NCBI GenBank assembly: GCA_023230665.1
Contig: JALNWY010000002.1
Span: 1-61,131 of the forward strand
Direction: 5' to 3'
Length of the DNA stretch: 61,131 nt
Source: Deltaproteobacteria bacterium
GTDB lineage: Bacteria; Desulfobacterota; Desulfomonilia; UBA1062
Below, in pieces: positions 16,902 to 26,974 of the stretch (positions are counted from its first letter, which is position 1; every line of letters begins with the position of its first letter). A model generated the notes under the pieces. The model made no database searches, had not been told where the DNA came from, and saw nothing but the letters and a program-made list of their open reading frames with translations. The position numbers and the translations under genes are program-made.

Positions 16902-17555
16902 ATGTCAAAAGGTTTCAAGAAAATCCTGTCTTCGCGCATCACGATCTCCCTCCTCTACCGCTTCATCCGAGAGTATTCACGAACCTTCCGCCTCCAGGCG
17001 GAAAACGAGCGCGCATGGATGGATCATGTCGATTCCGGCGGTGCGGTGGTGCTGTGCTGCTGGCATCAGCAGTTCTTCTCCGCTATCAGGCACTTCAGGG
17101 ATTATCGCCACTACCATCCTTCGCTCATGATATCCAGGAGCGTTGACGGCGAGATCATCGCAGGGGTGGCCGAGAAAACCGGCTGGGACGTGGTGCGCGG
17201 CTCCTCGTCGAGAGGCGGCCGCGATGCACTGACCCGGATGGTGGAAAGGCTGAAGCTAAGGAGGGTCGCGGGACATATCGTGGACGGACCCCGGGGGCCG
17301 GCCGGGACCGTGAAGGCGGGGGTCATCCGCCTTGCCCAGCTCGGCGGGGCGGTCATCGCGCCCTTTTCCGTCCGGGCCGACCGGGCATGGCACTTCAACA
17401 GCTGGGACCGTTTCATGATACCCAAGCCCTTTGCCCGGGTCACGCTGCGGTTTGACGGCCTTTTCCCGGTCCCCTGCCCGTCTTCGCCCGAAGAGTTCGA
17501 AGAGCATCGTCTGAGGCTGGAAAAAATCATGCAGCCCGGGCTCATCCTCCCGTGA
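16902..17555 (+). CDS. DUF374 / lysophospholipid acyltransferase-family protein
   Basis: CCWHQQFF, SRSVDGEIIAGVAEKTGWDVVRGSSSRGG and VDGPRGPAG. Confidence 0.85.
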   Translation: MSKGFKKILSSRITISLLYRFIREYSRTFRLQAENERAWMDHVDSGGAVVLCCWHQQFFSAIRHFRDYRHYHPSLMISRSVDGEIIAGVAEKTGWDVVRGSSSRGGRDALTRMVERLKLRRVAGHIVDGPRGPAGTVKAGVIRLAQLGGAVIAPFSVRADRAWHFNSWDRFMIPKPFARVTLRFDGLFPVPCPSSPEEFEEHRLRLEKIMQPGLILP

Positions 17556-17684
17556 ATTCTCGCCTTCACTTTCTGGAAAAACCATGCTAGTTTATGGGGA
17601 ATAATTTCTTTGAGCTGCGTTTGTGCTAGAAAACACATGCTTAGATACTAAGCAGAGATAAAATCCAATTGTGAGGAGGGTATC

Positions 17685-18248
17685 ATGTTGAAGAAAGTGC
17701 TCGGAATTTTTTTGGCAACGGTCCTGTTCGTTTCCACAGGGTACGCACTGGAGGTTGGAAAGGTTAACGTGCCCGATTCCATCAGCGCCGGCGGCAGCGA
17801 TCTGGTGCTGAACGGGGCCGGCATACGGAGCAAATGGGGTCTCAAGCTCTACGTCGGCAGCCTTTTCCTCCCCCAGAAGAACACGGACGCCCAGGCCATC
17901 ATGGCTGCCGATGAACCCATGGCCATCAGGCTCAACATCATCTCCGGCCTGATCACCAGCGAAAAGATGATCACTGCCACGAGAGAAGGCTTCGAGAATG
18001 CCACGGGCGGCAACCTGGGCCCCATTGCAGGCGATGTCGAGACCTTTATCGCTGTTTTCAATGAGCCCATCAAGGAGGGAGATACTTTTGATCTCGTCTA
18101 TGCCCCCGAGAAAGGGGTGGAGGTCTTCAAGAACAGCAATCCTATTGCCGTTGTCGGAGACCTTGAATTCAAGAAGGCTCTCTTCGGGATCTGGATCTGC
18201 GACAAGCCGGCCCAAAAAAGCCTCAAAGAAGGCATGCTCGGCATGTAG
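17685..18248 (+). CDS. Chalcone isomerase-like domain protein, secreted
   Basis: Signal peptide, then LVLNGAGIRSKWGLKLYVGSLFL ... LFGIWICDKPAQKSLKEGMLG. Confidence 0.8.
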   Translation: MLKKVLGIFLATVLFVSTGYALEVGKVNVPDSISAGGSDLVLNGAGIRSKWGLKLYVGSLFLPQKNTDAQAIMAADEPMAIRLNIISGLITSEKMITATREGFENATGGNLGPIAGDVETFIAVFNEPIKEGDTFDLVYAPEKGVEVFKNSNPIAVVGDLEFKKALFGIWICDKPAQKSLKEGMLGM

Positions 18249-18273
18249 CCGGCCAGGCCCGCAAGCATGAATC

Positions 18274-18308
18274 AGAGGCTTTCAGGGCTCACCGCCCTGA
18301 AAGCCTCT
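18274..18308 (+). terminator. Hairpin terminator
   Basis: A perfect 15-bp stem, AGAGGCTTTCAGGGC / GCCCTGAAAGCCTCT, with loop TCACC. The tail TTCCATTC is a weak U-tract. Confidence 0.6.
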
Positions 18309-18458
18309 TTCCATTCAATTTCACCTGCATCTTCAAGGTTCCTCCCCTTTTTTCCGAAATGCACTCCCATGAACAGGACTCGGATGAACCATATGAATGA
18401 TCTGCCCGCACATACTTTGCAGTTGCCAGAAGAGAAAATCCTGCTAGGATAAGGTGCC

Positions 18459-19562
18459 ATGAAAACATTTATCCGGCAGCTGCTGAAGCGGTATTTTTCC
18501 GATCCTCAGGTAATCATTCTGATCTTCCTCCTCCTGGCGGGACTCGTATTCATACTTCTCCTCGGCAACATGCTGCTGCCTGTCCTTGTGGCCATCATCA
18601 TCGCCTACCTTCTCGACGGAGTGGTAACTTGGCTCCAACGTTTCGGCCTGCCCAGAAACGCCGCAGTGATCATCGTGTTCACGTGCTTCATTGCACTGGT
18701 CGCCGTGCTGCTCATCGGGCTGCTCCCGCACATATCCCGGCAGATCGCCCAGCTCGTTCAGGAACTCCCCGCCATGCTGGCAAAGGGACAGAGGGAACTT
18801 CTCAAGCTCCCGGAAAAATACCCTGATTTCTTCTCCCACGAGCGCATCAGCCAGATATTCACCTATACCGGCTCGCATATCGGAGGGTTGGGCCAGCATG
18901 TGCTCTCATTCTCCCTGTCGTCGGTCCGGAGCATCATTACACTGCTGGTGTATCTGGTCCTCGTGCCCTTCCTGGTGTTCTTCTTTCTCAAGGACAAGCA
19001 TCTCATACTCCAGTGGGCCAAGGACCTCCTGCCGGAGCAGCGCGCTCTCACCATCAGTGTATGGGTGGAGGTGAACCAGCAGTTTGCAAACTATGTCAGG
19101 GGAAAGATCTGGGAGATCGTCATCATCTGGGCGATCTGTTATGTGGTGTTCTCCTTCATGGGCTTGAAATTCGCCATGTTTCTGTCGTTCTTCGTGGGTC
19201 TCGCGGACCTGGTTCCCTATGTCGGGTCCACGATCATGGCATTCCCGGTTGCGCTCATCGCCTTTTTCCAGTGGGGCCTCGACTGGCAGTTCGTCTATAT
19301 ACTCATCGCATACGGCATCATCCAGACCTTTGACGGCAACATCCTGGCCCCCCTCCTGTTTTCAGAGGCGGTCAGCCTGCATCCGGTAGCCATCATCGTG
19401 GCCCTGCTCTTCTTCGGCGGTCTCTGGGGCGTCTGGGGGCTCATCTTCGCGGTGCCCCTGGCCACTCTTGTTCATGCGGTATCTAAGGCCTGGACCAGCA
19501 GCCTCACTAGGCCCATTCCCGTAAGCGTGGAGCAGAAAACCGCCGAGACCATCCCAGGCTGA
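18459..19562 (+). CDS. AI-2E family transporter (PerM/UPF0118)
   Basis: 367 aa and polytopic, with the typical motifs LADLVPYVGS and FGGLWGVWGLIFAVPLA. Confidence 0.9.
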   Translation: MKTFIRQLLKRYFSDPQVIILIFLLLAGLVFILLLGNMLLPVLVAIIIAYLLDGVVTWLQRFGLPRNAAVIIVFTCFIALVAVLLIGLLPHISRQIAQLVQELPAMLAKGQRELLKLPEKYPDFFSHERISQIFTYTGSHIGGLGQHVLSFSLSSVRSIITLLVYLVLVPFLVFFFLKDKHLILQWAKDLLPEQRALTISVWVEVNQQFANYVRGKIWEIVIIWAICYVVFSFMGLKFAMFLSFFVGLADLVPYVGSTIMAFPVALIAFFQWGLDWQFVYILIAYGIIQTFDGNILAPLLFSEAVSLHPVAIIVALLFFGGLWGVWGLIFAVPLATLVHAVSKAWTSSLTRPIPVSVEQKTAETIPG

Positions 19563-19758
19563 TCCCCGCATATAAACCAGGCCTTCCGCACGAGCAGGGC
19601 CCGGGTGCGCCCTTGTTGTTCAAAAAATCCGTGCTCATAAAAAAATACCAACGGCCCGATAAGACACGATAGAAACGGGGGGATTTATTTTTTTGTCCCA
19701 AGAGACGATGAGTGGATATGAATGATGGTGCCCAAACGTTGAGGATTAAGCCGCAAGA

Positions 19759-21240
19759 ATGACGCATACGCCGACCTTTCTCAAAAAATTGCGGATACTC
19801 ATCGTGGATGATTCTGCAGTGGTCAGGGGCGTCCTCGCCAAGGAACTCCTGCGATCCGGTGTCGAGGTGACCCAGGCCGAGAACGGGCAGCAGGCGCTCG
19901 ATATCGCGCTGTGCAAGGAGTTCGACCTGATCATCACCGATGTGGAGATGCCCTGCATGAACGGGATCGAGCTCTGCAGACGGCTGAAATCCAATCCCCG
20001 GACCCAGCAGACGCCTATCGTCATCCTGAGCTCTCTGGACAGCGAAGAAGACATCAAAAAAGGCTACAAGGCCGGCGCCGTCACCTACATCACCAAGGCT
20101 CAGGCCAAGGAATCCCTGATCGAAACCATCGAGACCGTGCTCCAGAAAACGACCTTTCAGCGGGGAAGGACTATCCTCGTGGTGGACGACTCTTCCACAG
20201 TGAGGACCCTGGTGGAAAAGGGTCTCAAGGAGGTGGGTTTCAAGGTGGTGAAGGCGGAAAACGGCAGGCTCGCCCTTGATGTTCTCAAACGCGAGCATCC
20301 GGACCTCATTCTCAGCGATATCGACATGCCCGAGATGAACGGAGAGGAATTCTGCCAGGCCGTACACGCCGACCCCCAGCTTGGCGCCATTCCTTTCGTG
20401 GTCATGAGCGCGAACGACGACCGCCCCATCATGCGCCGCATGCTCCAGCTCGGGGCTGATGCGTATCTGGTGAAACCCTTCAACATCGACCAGTTGGTCA
20501 TAACCGTGGAGAAGCTGCTTTCCGACAAGCTGCTCATCCTCCATAAGGAGAAAGAGCGTCTGGAGACCGAGCAAAAGCTCATCCTGGCGAGCATCACCTC
20601 GCTGTGCTGCGCGCTGGAGGCCCGCGACTCCTATACCAGGGGGCATTCGGAGGCAGTGTCGTACATCGCAACTAGAATCGCCATGGAAATGGGCATGAGC
20701 CAGGAGGAGGTCGACCTTGTAAAGCTCGGCGGCAAGCTGCACGACCTGGGGAAAATCGGTGTGCTGGACAGCGTACTGCTCAAACCCGGCAAGCTCAGCG
20801 ACGACGAATTCGCCATTATCAAGCGCCATCCGGTGATCGGCGCGGATATCCTCAGGCCGGTGCCGAGCCTCGCTAAGATCCTCCCCATCGTGCTCCATCA
20901 CCACGAGCGTTTCGACGGCAAAGGATATCCCCAAGGGCTCAAAGGCGAGGATATCCCCCTGTGGGCCAGAATCACCGCAGTGGGCGACACCTATCACGCG
21001 CTCACGAGCGACCGCCCCTATCGCAAGGGCATGGACAGGGACGAGGCCCTCCAGATCATCGAGAGCGTGAGCGGAAGCCAGCTCTGCCCCGCCTGTGTGG
21101 ATGTCTTTCTCAAAATGGAGCTCTGGCTGGGGGACCATAGCGCTGAAGAGCCGATCCAGCCCTGTCCGGAGGAGGAGAAGCCCTCTAGAGAGAATCTCAT
21201 CGTGCTGCCCAATGCACGGGCCGCACGCACCCGCACGTGA
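19759..21240 (+). CDS. Response regulator with two receiver domains and an HD-GYP phosphodiesterase domain
   Basis: REC1: ILIVDDS...DLIITDVEMPCMNG. REC2: ILVVDDS...DLILSDIDMPEMNG...KP. HD-GYP: HSEAV...KLHDLGKIGV...HHERFDGKGYPQGL. Confidence 0.92.
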   Translation: MTHTPTFLKKLRILIVDDSAVVRGVLAKELLRSGVEVTQAENGQQALDIALCKEFDLIITDVEMPCMNGIELCRRLKSNPRTQQTPIVILSSLDSEEDIKKGYKAGAVTYITKAQAKESLIETIETVLQKTTFQRGRTILVVDDSSTVRTLVEKGLKEVGFKVVKAENGRLALDVLKREHPDLILSDIDMPEMNGEEFCQAVHADPQLGAIPFVVMSANDDRPIMRRMLQLGADAYLVKPFNIDQLVITVEKLLSDKLLILHKEKERLETEQKLILASITSLCCALEARDSYTRGHSEAVSYIATRIAMEMGMSQEEVDLVKLGGKLHDLGKIGVLDSVLLKPGKLSDDEFAIIKRHPVIGADILRPVPSLAKILPIVLHHHERFDGKGYPQGLKGEDIPLWARITAVGDTYHALTSDRPYRKGMDRDEALQIIESVSGSQLCPACVDVFLKMELWLGDHSAEEPIQPCPEEEKPSRENLIVLPNARAARTRT

Positions 21241-21304
21241 GGCTGAAAAACCGGGGGAACACAGGTTTCATCCCTGCCGCCGTCGCAGGCCGGAAAGAAA
21301 GAAT

Positions 21305-21333
21305 TTGCATTTGTCTTGTGTTTTCACTATTAA
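21305..21333 (+). promoter_or_regulatory. Candidate sigma70 promoter of the aminotransferase gene
   Basis: TTGCAT, a 17-nt spacer, then TATTAA. Confidence 0.3.
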
Positions 21334-21376
21334 TCTGTTCCATTGTGGAAACGATATTCTACCAGAGGTTGCGGGC

Positions 21377-22708
21377 ATGAGAAGAGACATTGTTCACGAA
21401 GGATCAGACCAGCTGACGTATGAGATCCGGGAGATTGTCGCTGTAGCGGATGTATTGAAAAAATACGGGGTCCAGATCACCTGGGAGAACATCGGCGATC
21501 CCATTCAAAAAGGCGAGAAGCTCCCCCAGTGGATCAAGGACATTATCATCGACCTCGTGTCGGACGACAGAACCTATGGCTACGTGGCTACCCAGGGCGT
21601 GCCGGAAACACGGGAGTTCCTCGCGCAGGAGGTGAACGGGCGCGGCGGGTATCAGATCACCAAAGACGACATCGTGTTCTTCAACGGTCTGGGCGATGCC
21701 GTTGCAAAGGTATTCAACCTCATGAAACGGGAGTCGCGGGTCATCGGGCCCTCCCCGGCCTACTCGACTCATTCTTCCGCCGAGGCCGCCCATTCGGGCT
21801 ACGAGCACCTCACCTATGAGCTGGACCCGGAAAACAAATGGCTTCCCGACCTGGACGATCTCGAGAAGAAGATCAGATACAACGACTCTATCGCGGGCAT
21901 CCTCATCATCAATCCCGACAATCCCACGGGCGCCGTATACCCCCGGGAGATACTGGAGCAGATGGTGGATATCGCCCGGCGGTACCGGGTGTTCATGATC
22001 TGCGACGAAATATACAGCAACTTGGTCTATGATGCCCACAAGACCACCCATTTAAGCGAGGTGATCGAGGAGATCCCGGGCATAGCTCTGCGGGGCATCT
22101 CCAAGGAGGTGCCGTGGCCCGGGTCCCGATGCGGGTGGATCGAGGTGTTCAACCAGGACAAGCTCAACTTCAAACGCTACGTCAAAAGCCTGATAAACGC
22201 CAAGATGCTTGAGGTCTGCTCCACAAGTCTTCCCCAATACGCCATACCCCGCATCCTGGGAGACCCCAGATACCTGGGCCACCTCCAGCGGAGGCGGGCC
22301 ATATACGAAGAGCGGGCCGAGGAGGCGTGGAAATCCTTCTTGGATGTCCCGGGCGTGATGGTCAACAAGCCGCAGGGCGCCTTCTACATGACCGTGCTCT
22401 TCAAAGACAACGTGCTGAACGACCGGCAGAGCCTCTCCATCCCGGACGCGAAAATCCGCAGGTTCATCGAAGACAAAGTCAAGGGCGTGAAGCCGGACAA
22501 GCGTTTCGTGTACTATCTCCTGGGCGCCACCGGCATCTGCGTAGTCCCCTTGACAGGATTCTGCTGCGACAAACAGGGCTTCCGGCTGACCCTGCTGGAA
22601 ACGGATGACGAAAAGCGCGCGTGGACATGGCATACCATCGCAGAAAGCATCAGAGCCTACCTCGATTCCACCACCAGGACAAACGTTTCGTCTCGTTCCG
22701 CGATCTAG
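21377..22708 (+). CDS. Pyridoxal-phosphate-dependent aminotransferase, class I/II (alanine/aspartate aminotransferase-like)
   Basis: 443 aa: LTYEIREIV..., GDPIQKGE, NPDNPTGAVY and SKE...PGSRCGW. The track ORF start at 21095 overlaps the upstream gene. The ATG at 21377 was chosen. Confidence 0.9.
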   Translation: MRRDIVHEGSDQLTYEIREIVAVADVLKKYGVQITWENIGDPIQKGEKLPQWIKDIIIDLVSDDRTYGYVATQGVPETREFLAQEVNGRGGYQITKDDIVFFNGLGDAVAKVFNLMKRESRVIGPSPAYSTHSSAEAAHSGYEHLTYELDPENKWLPDLDDLEKKIRYNDSIAGILIINPDNPTGAVYPREILEQMVDIARRYRVFMICDEIYSNLVYDAHKTTHLSEVIEEIPGIALRGISKEVPWPGSRCGWIEVFNQDKLNFKRYVKSLINAKMLEVCSTSLPQYAIPRILGDPRYLGHLQRRRAIYEERAEEAWKSFLDVPGVMVNKPQGAFYMTVLFKDNVLNDRQSLSIPDAKIRRFIEDKVKGVKPDKRFVYYLLGATGICVVPLTGFCCDKQGFRLTLLETDDEKRAWTWHTIAESIRAYLDSTTRTNVSSRSAI

Positions 22709-22785
22709 CCCCCATGATCATGGGAGGCATGTAACCGGGTTCGACTGTTGCGGGTATTCCTGAGCAGCCAGGGGCCCGGGAAAGA

Positions 22786-23733
22786 GTGAGGGCGTTTCCT
22801 TTGAACGTGAGGATCTCACAGGAAAGGATCGAGTTTCAGTCGCTGGGCCAGCAGATTGCCGGAGTGCTCTTCCTGCCCGGGGGCCAGGGCCTGTTTCCCG
22901 CGCTGGTGGTCTCGCACGGCTACATGGACTTCAAGGAGAACTATGTCGAGCTCTGCGGGTATCTTGCGCAACGCGGCATCGCATCACTGGTCATGGACAT
23001 GCACGGCCATGGCGAGAGCGGCGGCGAGCGTTACCACATCCATCTGGACGAATGGATCGCTGATATTTGTGCGGCCCTGGATACGCTCCAGGCGCATCCG
23101 TCCATCGACCCGGAGTGCCTGGGCGCCTTCGGCCTTTCTTCAGGCGGTACTGCCATACTCGAAGCCGCCCTGGTAGACCCGAGAATACGTGCCCTGATCA
23201 CCCTGGACGCGACTGTCAGGCCGGTCTTGAGCGTGCCCGAGCGGATCGGCATGGGAATCCTCTCTGCGCTGGGAAGAATCAAGTATTTCCTTACGGGCAG
23301 GGATCTGAGGATCTCCCTTGTCCGCGAGGCAGGCAAGGTGGAAGCTGCACACGATCCCGAGGTCAACGAACAGTGGTTCAGCAACCCCCGGGTCGTCGAG
23401 ATGTGGTCATCCTTTCCCTTTCCCGGCTCCGAGGCATCCGTGGACGTGGACACCCTCACCCGGGTCCACCGGATCACGGTCCCGACACTCGTGCTCCACG
23501 GCGCACAGGACAGGGTGGACAGCCCTCAAACCGCTCGTATGCTCTTCGATGCCCTGACCTGCCCCAAGGAACTGCACATCATCGAGGGTAACGGCCATCT
23601 CGGCCATCTGGACCGGAACAGAGATAGGGTGATGGAACTGACCGCAGGCTGGGCCCTGAGCCGACTGAAAAGCTCCTGCAGGCAGTCCGGGGAATGCGCC
23701 TGCGGATCATCCCGGAAAAGGGGCGTGGAATGA
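22786..23733 (+). CDS. Alpha/beta hydrolase
   Basis: HGHGESGG, the nucleophile elbow GLSSGG, VLHGAQDRV and GNGHLGH. Confidence 0.85.
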   Translation: MRAFPLNVRISQERIEFQSLGQQIAGVLFLPGGQGLFPALVVSHGYMDFKENYVELCGYLAQRGIASLVMDMHGHGESGGERYHIHLDEWIADICAALDTLQAHPSIDPECLGAFGLSSGGTAILEAALVDPRIRALITLDATVRPVLSVPERIGMGILSALGRIKYFLTGRDLRISLVREAGKVEAAHDPEVNEQWFSNPRVVEMWSSFPFPGSEASVDVDTLTRVHRITVPTLVLHGAQDRVDSPQTARMLFDALTCPKELHIIEGNGHLGHLDRNRDRVMELTAGWALSRLKSSCRQSGECACGSSRKRGVE

Positions 23734-23978
23734 AGACAACCGGAAAACTGTCGACAACAGGGTTTATCACCGTCTTTTCCCTTGCAGGGGCCCTGATCTT
23801 CACCGGATGCGAGGGCAGCGAGACCAAGAGAGCGGCGGAAGAAACCGTCAAGGAGCTCAGCGGCGCAGAACTCATCGATAAGGGCGAGAAGCTCAAGCAG
23901 CAGATCAAAGACCTCAATGCAGAGGATGTCCGCAGGATTCAGGAAGATCTTTCCCGCGGCGTTTACAGGGATGAATAA
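23730..23978 (+). CDS. Small hypothetical lipoprotein
   Basis: 82 aa: MKTTGKLSTTGFITVFSLAGALIFTGC (lipobox), followed by a charged helical tail. Confidence 0.55.
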   Translation: MKTTGKLSTTGFITVFSLAGALIFTGCEGSETKRAAEETVKELSGAELIDKGEKLKQQIKDLNAEDVRRIQEDLSRGVYRDE

Positions 23979-24094
23979 AGCATCCCTGCCGCAAGCAGCG
24001 GGGTATTGAAGGCCTGACATGGAAATGGCGCACCGCCGGGGCCACGATCGCAGCACAACGGGAAAAGGCGCTGTATAAAGAGGGGGGGGTAATC

Positions 24095-24886
24095 ATGAAA
24101 AATACCGATCGTGTAGTCTGGATCACCGGCGCCTCGTCGGGCATCGGAGAGGCCCTGGCATACGCATACAGCGAAAAAGGTGCCCGCCTGATCCTTTCCT
24201 CACGCAATGAAGCAAGGCTCCGCGAGGTCCGGGATCGGTGCGCGGAGCCCGGGAGTCATCTCGTGGTTCCCCTCGATCTGCGGGATACGCCGTGCGTTGG
24301 AGCGGGATGTGCAGAGGTACTCAAACATATGGGGCACGTGGACATCCTGATCAACAACGGAGGCGTTTCTCAGCGAAGCCTTGCTATGGAAACCCCCCTG
24401 GACATAGACCGGATGATCATGGAGACGAATTTCTTCGGCACCGTGACCCTGACCAAGGCGGTCCTCCCTTCCATGGCGCAACAGCGCTCTGGCCGTATCG
24501 TGGTCATCAGCAGCCTGGTCGGCAGGTTCGGCACCCCGCTGAGATCGGCGTATTCTGCGTCAAAGCACGCCCTGCACGGGTTTTTCGAAAGTCTGAGGGC
24601 CGAGGTGTGGGGTCTGGGGATCGGGGTTACCCTGGTGTGTCCGGGTTTTATCCGGACCAACATCTCCGTCAATGCCCTCACCGGAGACGGCAGCCCCCAG
24701 GGAACCATGGACGAGGCACAGGCACACGGCATGCCGCCCGATGCATGCGCCCGGAAGATCATCGCTGCGGTTGAGAAGGGAAAACCAGAGGTGTACATCG
24801 GAGGCAGAGAACTGATGGGGGTGTACATCAAGAAGTTCGCGCCGGGATTGTTCGACCGCATCATCAGAAAGGCCAGGGTCACCTAG
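24095..24886 (+). CDS. SDR family oxidoreductase
   Basis: ITGASSGIGEA, NNGG and YSASKHA. Confidence 0.92.
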   Translation: MKNTDRVVWITGASSGIGEALAYAYSEKGARLILSSRNEARLREVRDRCAEPGSHLVVPLDLRDTPCVGAGCAEVLKHMGHVDILINNGGVSQRSLAMETPLDIDRMIMETNFFGTVTLTKAVLPSMAQQRSGRIVVISSLVGRFGTPLRSAYSASKHALHGFFESLRAEVWGLGIGVTLVCPGFIRTNISVNALTGDGSPQGTMDEAQAHGMPPDACARKIIAAVEKGKPEVYIGGRELMGVYIKKFAPGLFDRIIRKARVT

Positions 24887-25065
24887 GGCCGGCCCTCCTT
24901 AAGGGAAGCGTTGCCGGCAGGCAGGGAAGGATCCTTCTTATCCAGGGTCATACGGCACTCAATTTTCTCTCCTGCCTACCGATAACCACTGTATGCGGTT
25001 TTTTAAGCATCCCTCATGCGCCGGGATATCTCGCTGATTTGGAATCATGTTTATTGAGTGAAAGG

Positions 25066-25962
25066 ATGAGTGGACAGATGATCATCAGAGAGAAGGTGGC
25101 TGATTGCATTCAGAGCATGGACTCGGCAATGCTGAGCATGCCCGTGGATATCAGCCGGATCGTTCTGATGGCCGGAAGCCGTGACGCGAGCGCCGATGAG
25201 CTCGCCCGGTTTCTATCCGATCACCGGCCCCTCTCGGCCAGAATCGTGAAGATAGCGAACTCTCCTTGCTTCGGCCGCTGCGGGGACATCGATTCCATGA
25301 GCAGCGCCATTATCCAAACCGGGTTCCGCGAGATCGCGGCGATTGCCCTGTGCTCGAGCATCTTCACTGTGCTCTCCAGCGCGGGCACATGCTCCAATGT
25401 CGAACAGGACCGGATCTGGAAGCACGACATCGGGGCGGGCCTTTCAGTGAATCTCGTGGCAAAGAGTGCCCACGCACCGATCGACGGGTTTTCCATGCTC
25501 ACGGGTCTGCTTCACGATATCGGGAAGATCGTTTTCCATCTCTGCCTCCCTGACGAGTATCAGGAGGTTCTCCAGTGCCATCAGGCAGACCCGGTGTCCC
25601 TCCACCGAGTGGAGAGAGAACTTCTGGGTATCGACCATGGCGAAGCGGCATATCAGCTGCTTACACGCTGGAATTTCCCCGATTTCGTCTGCATGCCTGT
25701 CCGCTACCATCATGACCTGGCCCGGTGCCCCTTCGAATACTTTCGCCAGGCCATGATCCTGCATCTTGCAGACTATCTCGCCCTCCGGGCCGGCATAGGG
25801 TATAGCGGCAACATCAATCCCGAAATAAACGCAGGGGTAATGGCCACCATGGGCCTTTCGGAGACTCGGGTGGATGAACTCACAGAACAGGTGGAAGCCA
25901 TGAGCCTCCAGGCAGACTATTTCTTCGAAGCGCTAAAGGATGGAACAAAGAGAGATCACTGA
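25066..25962 (+). CDS. HDOD domain signalling protein
   Basis: LSARIVKIANSPCFG, LLHDIGKIVF and LGIDHGEAAYQLLTRWNFP. ATG at 25066 behind GAAAGG. Confidence 0.88.
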   Translation: MSGQMIIREKVADCIQSMDSAMLSMPVDISRIVLMAGSRDASADELARFLSDHRPLSARIVKIANSPCFGRCGDIDSMSSAIIQTGFREIAAIALCSSIFTVLSSAGTCSNVEQDRIWKHDIGAGLSVNLVAKSAHAPIDGFSMLTGLLHDIGKIVFHLCLPDEYQEVLQCHQADPVSLHRVERELLGIDHGEAAYQLLTRWNFPDFVCMPVRYHHDLARCPFEYFRQAMILHLADYLALRAGIGYSGNINPEINAGVMATMGLSETRVDELTEQVEAMSLQADYFFEALKDGTKRDH

Positions 25963-26876
25963 TGGAAAAGATCGTGGTGATTGGTGCCGGCAATGTAGGA
26001 ACATCCTCGGCCGCGGCCATGGCCGGAGGCAAACTGGGAGATATCTACCTCTATGATATCCTTGAAAATCTAGCGGCCGGCCGGGCCATGGACATCAATC
26101 ATGCGTCCCCTGTCCTGCATACGGACTGCCTGGTGACCGGGAGCCATTCCCCCGAGGTGCTCTCGGGCGCAGATATGGTTGTGGTCACTGCAGGCATTGC
26201 CCGGCACGCCGGCATGACCCGCCTCGATCTTCTCAGGCAGAATCTCCAGGTGATGACCGGTATATCAGGCTTTGTCATGAAGTTCTGTCCCCATGCCAGG
26301 GTGCTGGTGGTGACCAATCCCGTGGATGTCCTGACCTGGTATCTCAAGAACCTGCAGCCCGACATGAACGTTTTCGGGCTGGGCTGCTCTCTGGATACAT
26401 TCCGCTTCAGGCACTTCATCGCCCAGGCTGCAGGGGTTTCCGCAGACTGCGTTCAGGGAATGGTGATCGGTGCCCATACCGACGACATGGTTCCGCTGGT
26501 GAGCCGGGCCACGGTGGGCGGCATTCCGCTCAGGAAAATGGTGAGCGGCGAGGCCCTTGACGCGCTGTGCCAAGGAACCCGGGCAGCGGGCACGCTCATC
26601 GTGGATATGCTCCGGCATCACAGCGGATTCTACGCAGCTTCCCAGGTTGTATCCCGGATCGTAGAGGCGATGGTGCTCGACAGCCATGAGATATTTCCTC
26701 TCAGTGTGGTGTGCGCCGGAGAGTACGGCTACGACAAGATCCCCCTCGCTCTGCCGGCTGTTATCGGCCTCCAGGGCATCCACCGTATCCTCGATATCGA
26801 CCTCGAGGCTGGCGAACGCCGTGGCCTCGACCGGTGTGCATCCGCGATGAACGAGGTCATTCGCGGCCTTTCCTAG
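25962..26876 (+). CDS. mdh: Malate dehydrogenase (LDH-like MDH family)
   Basis: VIGAGNVG, GIARHAGMTRLDLL (both Arg retained), TNPVD, LDTFRFRHF and IGAHTDDMVP. The start overlaps the HDOD stop by 1 nt. Confidence 0.85.
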   Translation: MEKIVVIGAGNVGTSSAAAMAGGKLGDIYLYDILENLAAGRAMDINHASPVLHTDCLVTGSHSPEVLSGADMVVVTAGIARHAGMTRLDLLRQNLQVMTGISGFVMKFCPHARVLVVTNPVDVLTWYLKNLQPDMNVFGLGCSLDTFRFRHFIAQAAGVSADCVQGMVIGAHTDDMVPLVSRATVGGIPLRKMVSGEALDALCQGTRAAGTLIVDMLRHHSGFYAASQVVSRIVEAMVLDSHEIFPLSVVCAGEYGYDKIPLALPAVIGLQGIHRILDIDLEAGERRGLDRCASAMNEVIRGLS

Positions 26877-26974
26877 CCGCTTCCCCGCCCGTTTGTCTCT
26901 TGCGTCTACGCGCCGATGATACTAAACTCTTCTCCTGCTGTGAATCCGGTATAAAGGAGGGGGAGGGAGCGCTC

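Noticed and set aside
19507-21138. 543-aa minus-strand ORF
   Set aside because: It is the exact antisense of the confidently assigned REC-REC-HD-GYP gene. The translation is low-complexity (H/G/L/E/D-rich) with no motif. This is a typical stop-poor antisense frame in high-GC DNA.
21095-21376. Long N-terminal extensions of track ORFs (also 26711, 28797, 38090, 46864-47229, 14590, 6405 and 55175-55285)
   Set aside because: The extensions overlap upstream genes or intergenic hairpins and lack family similarity. Internal ATGs with Shine-Dalgarno sequences give proteins of normal length.
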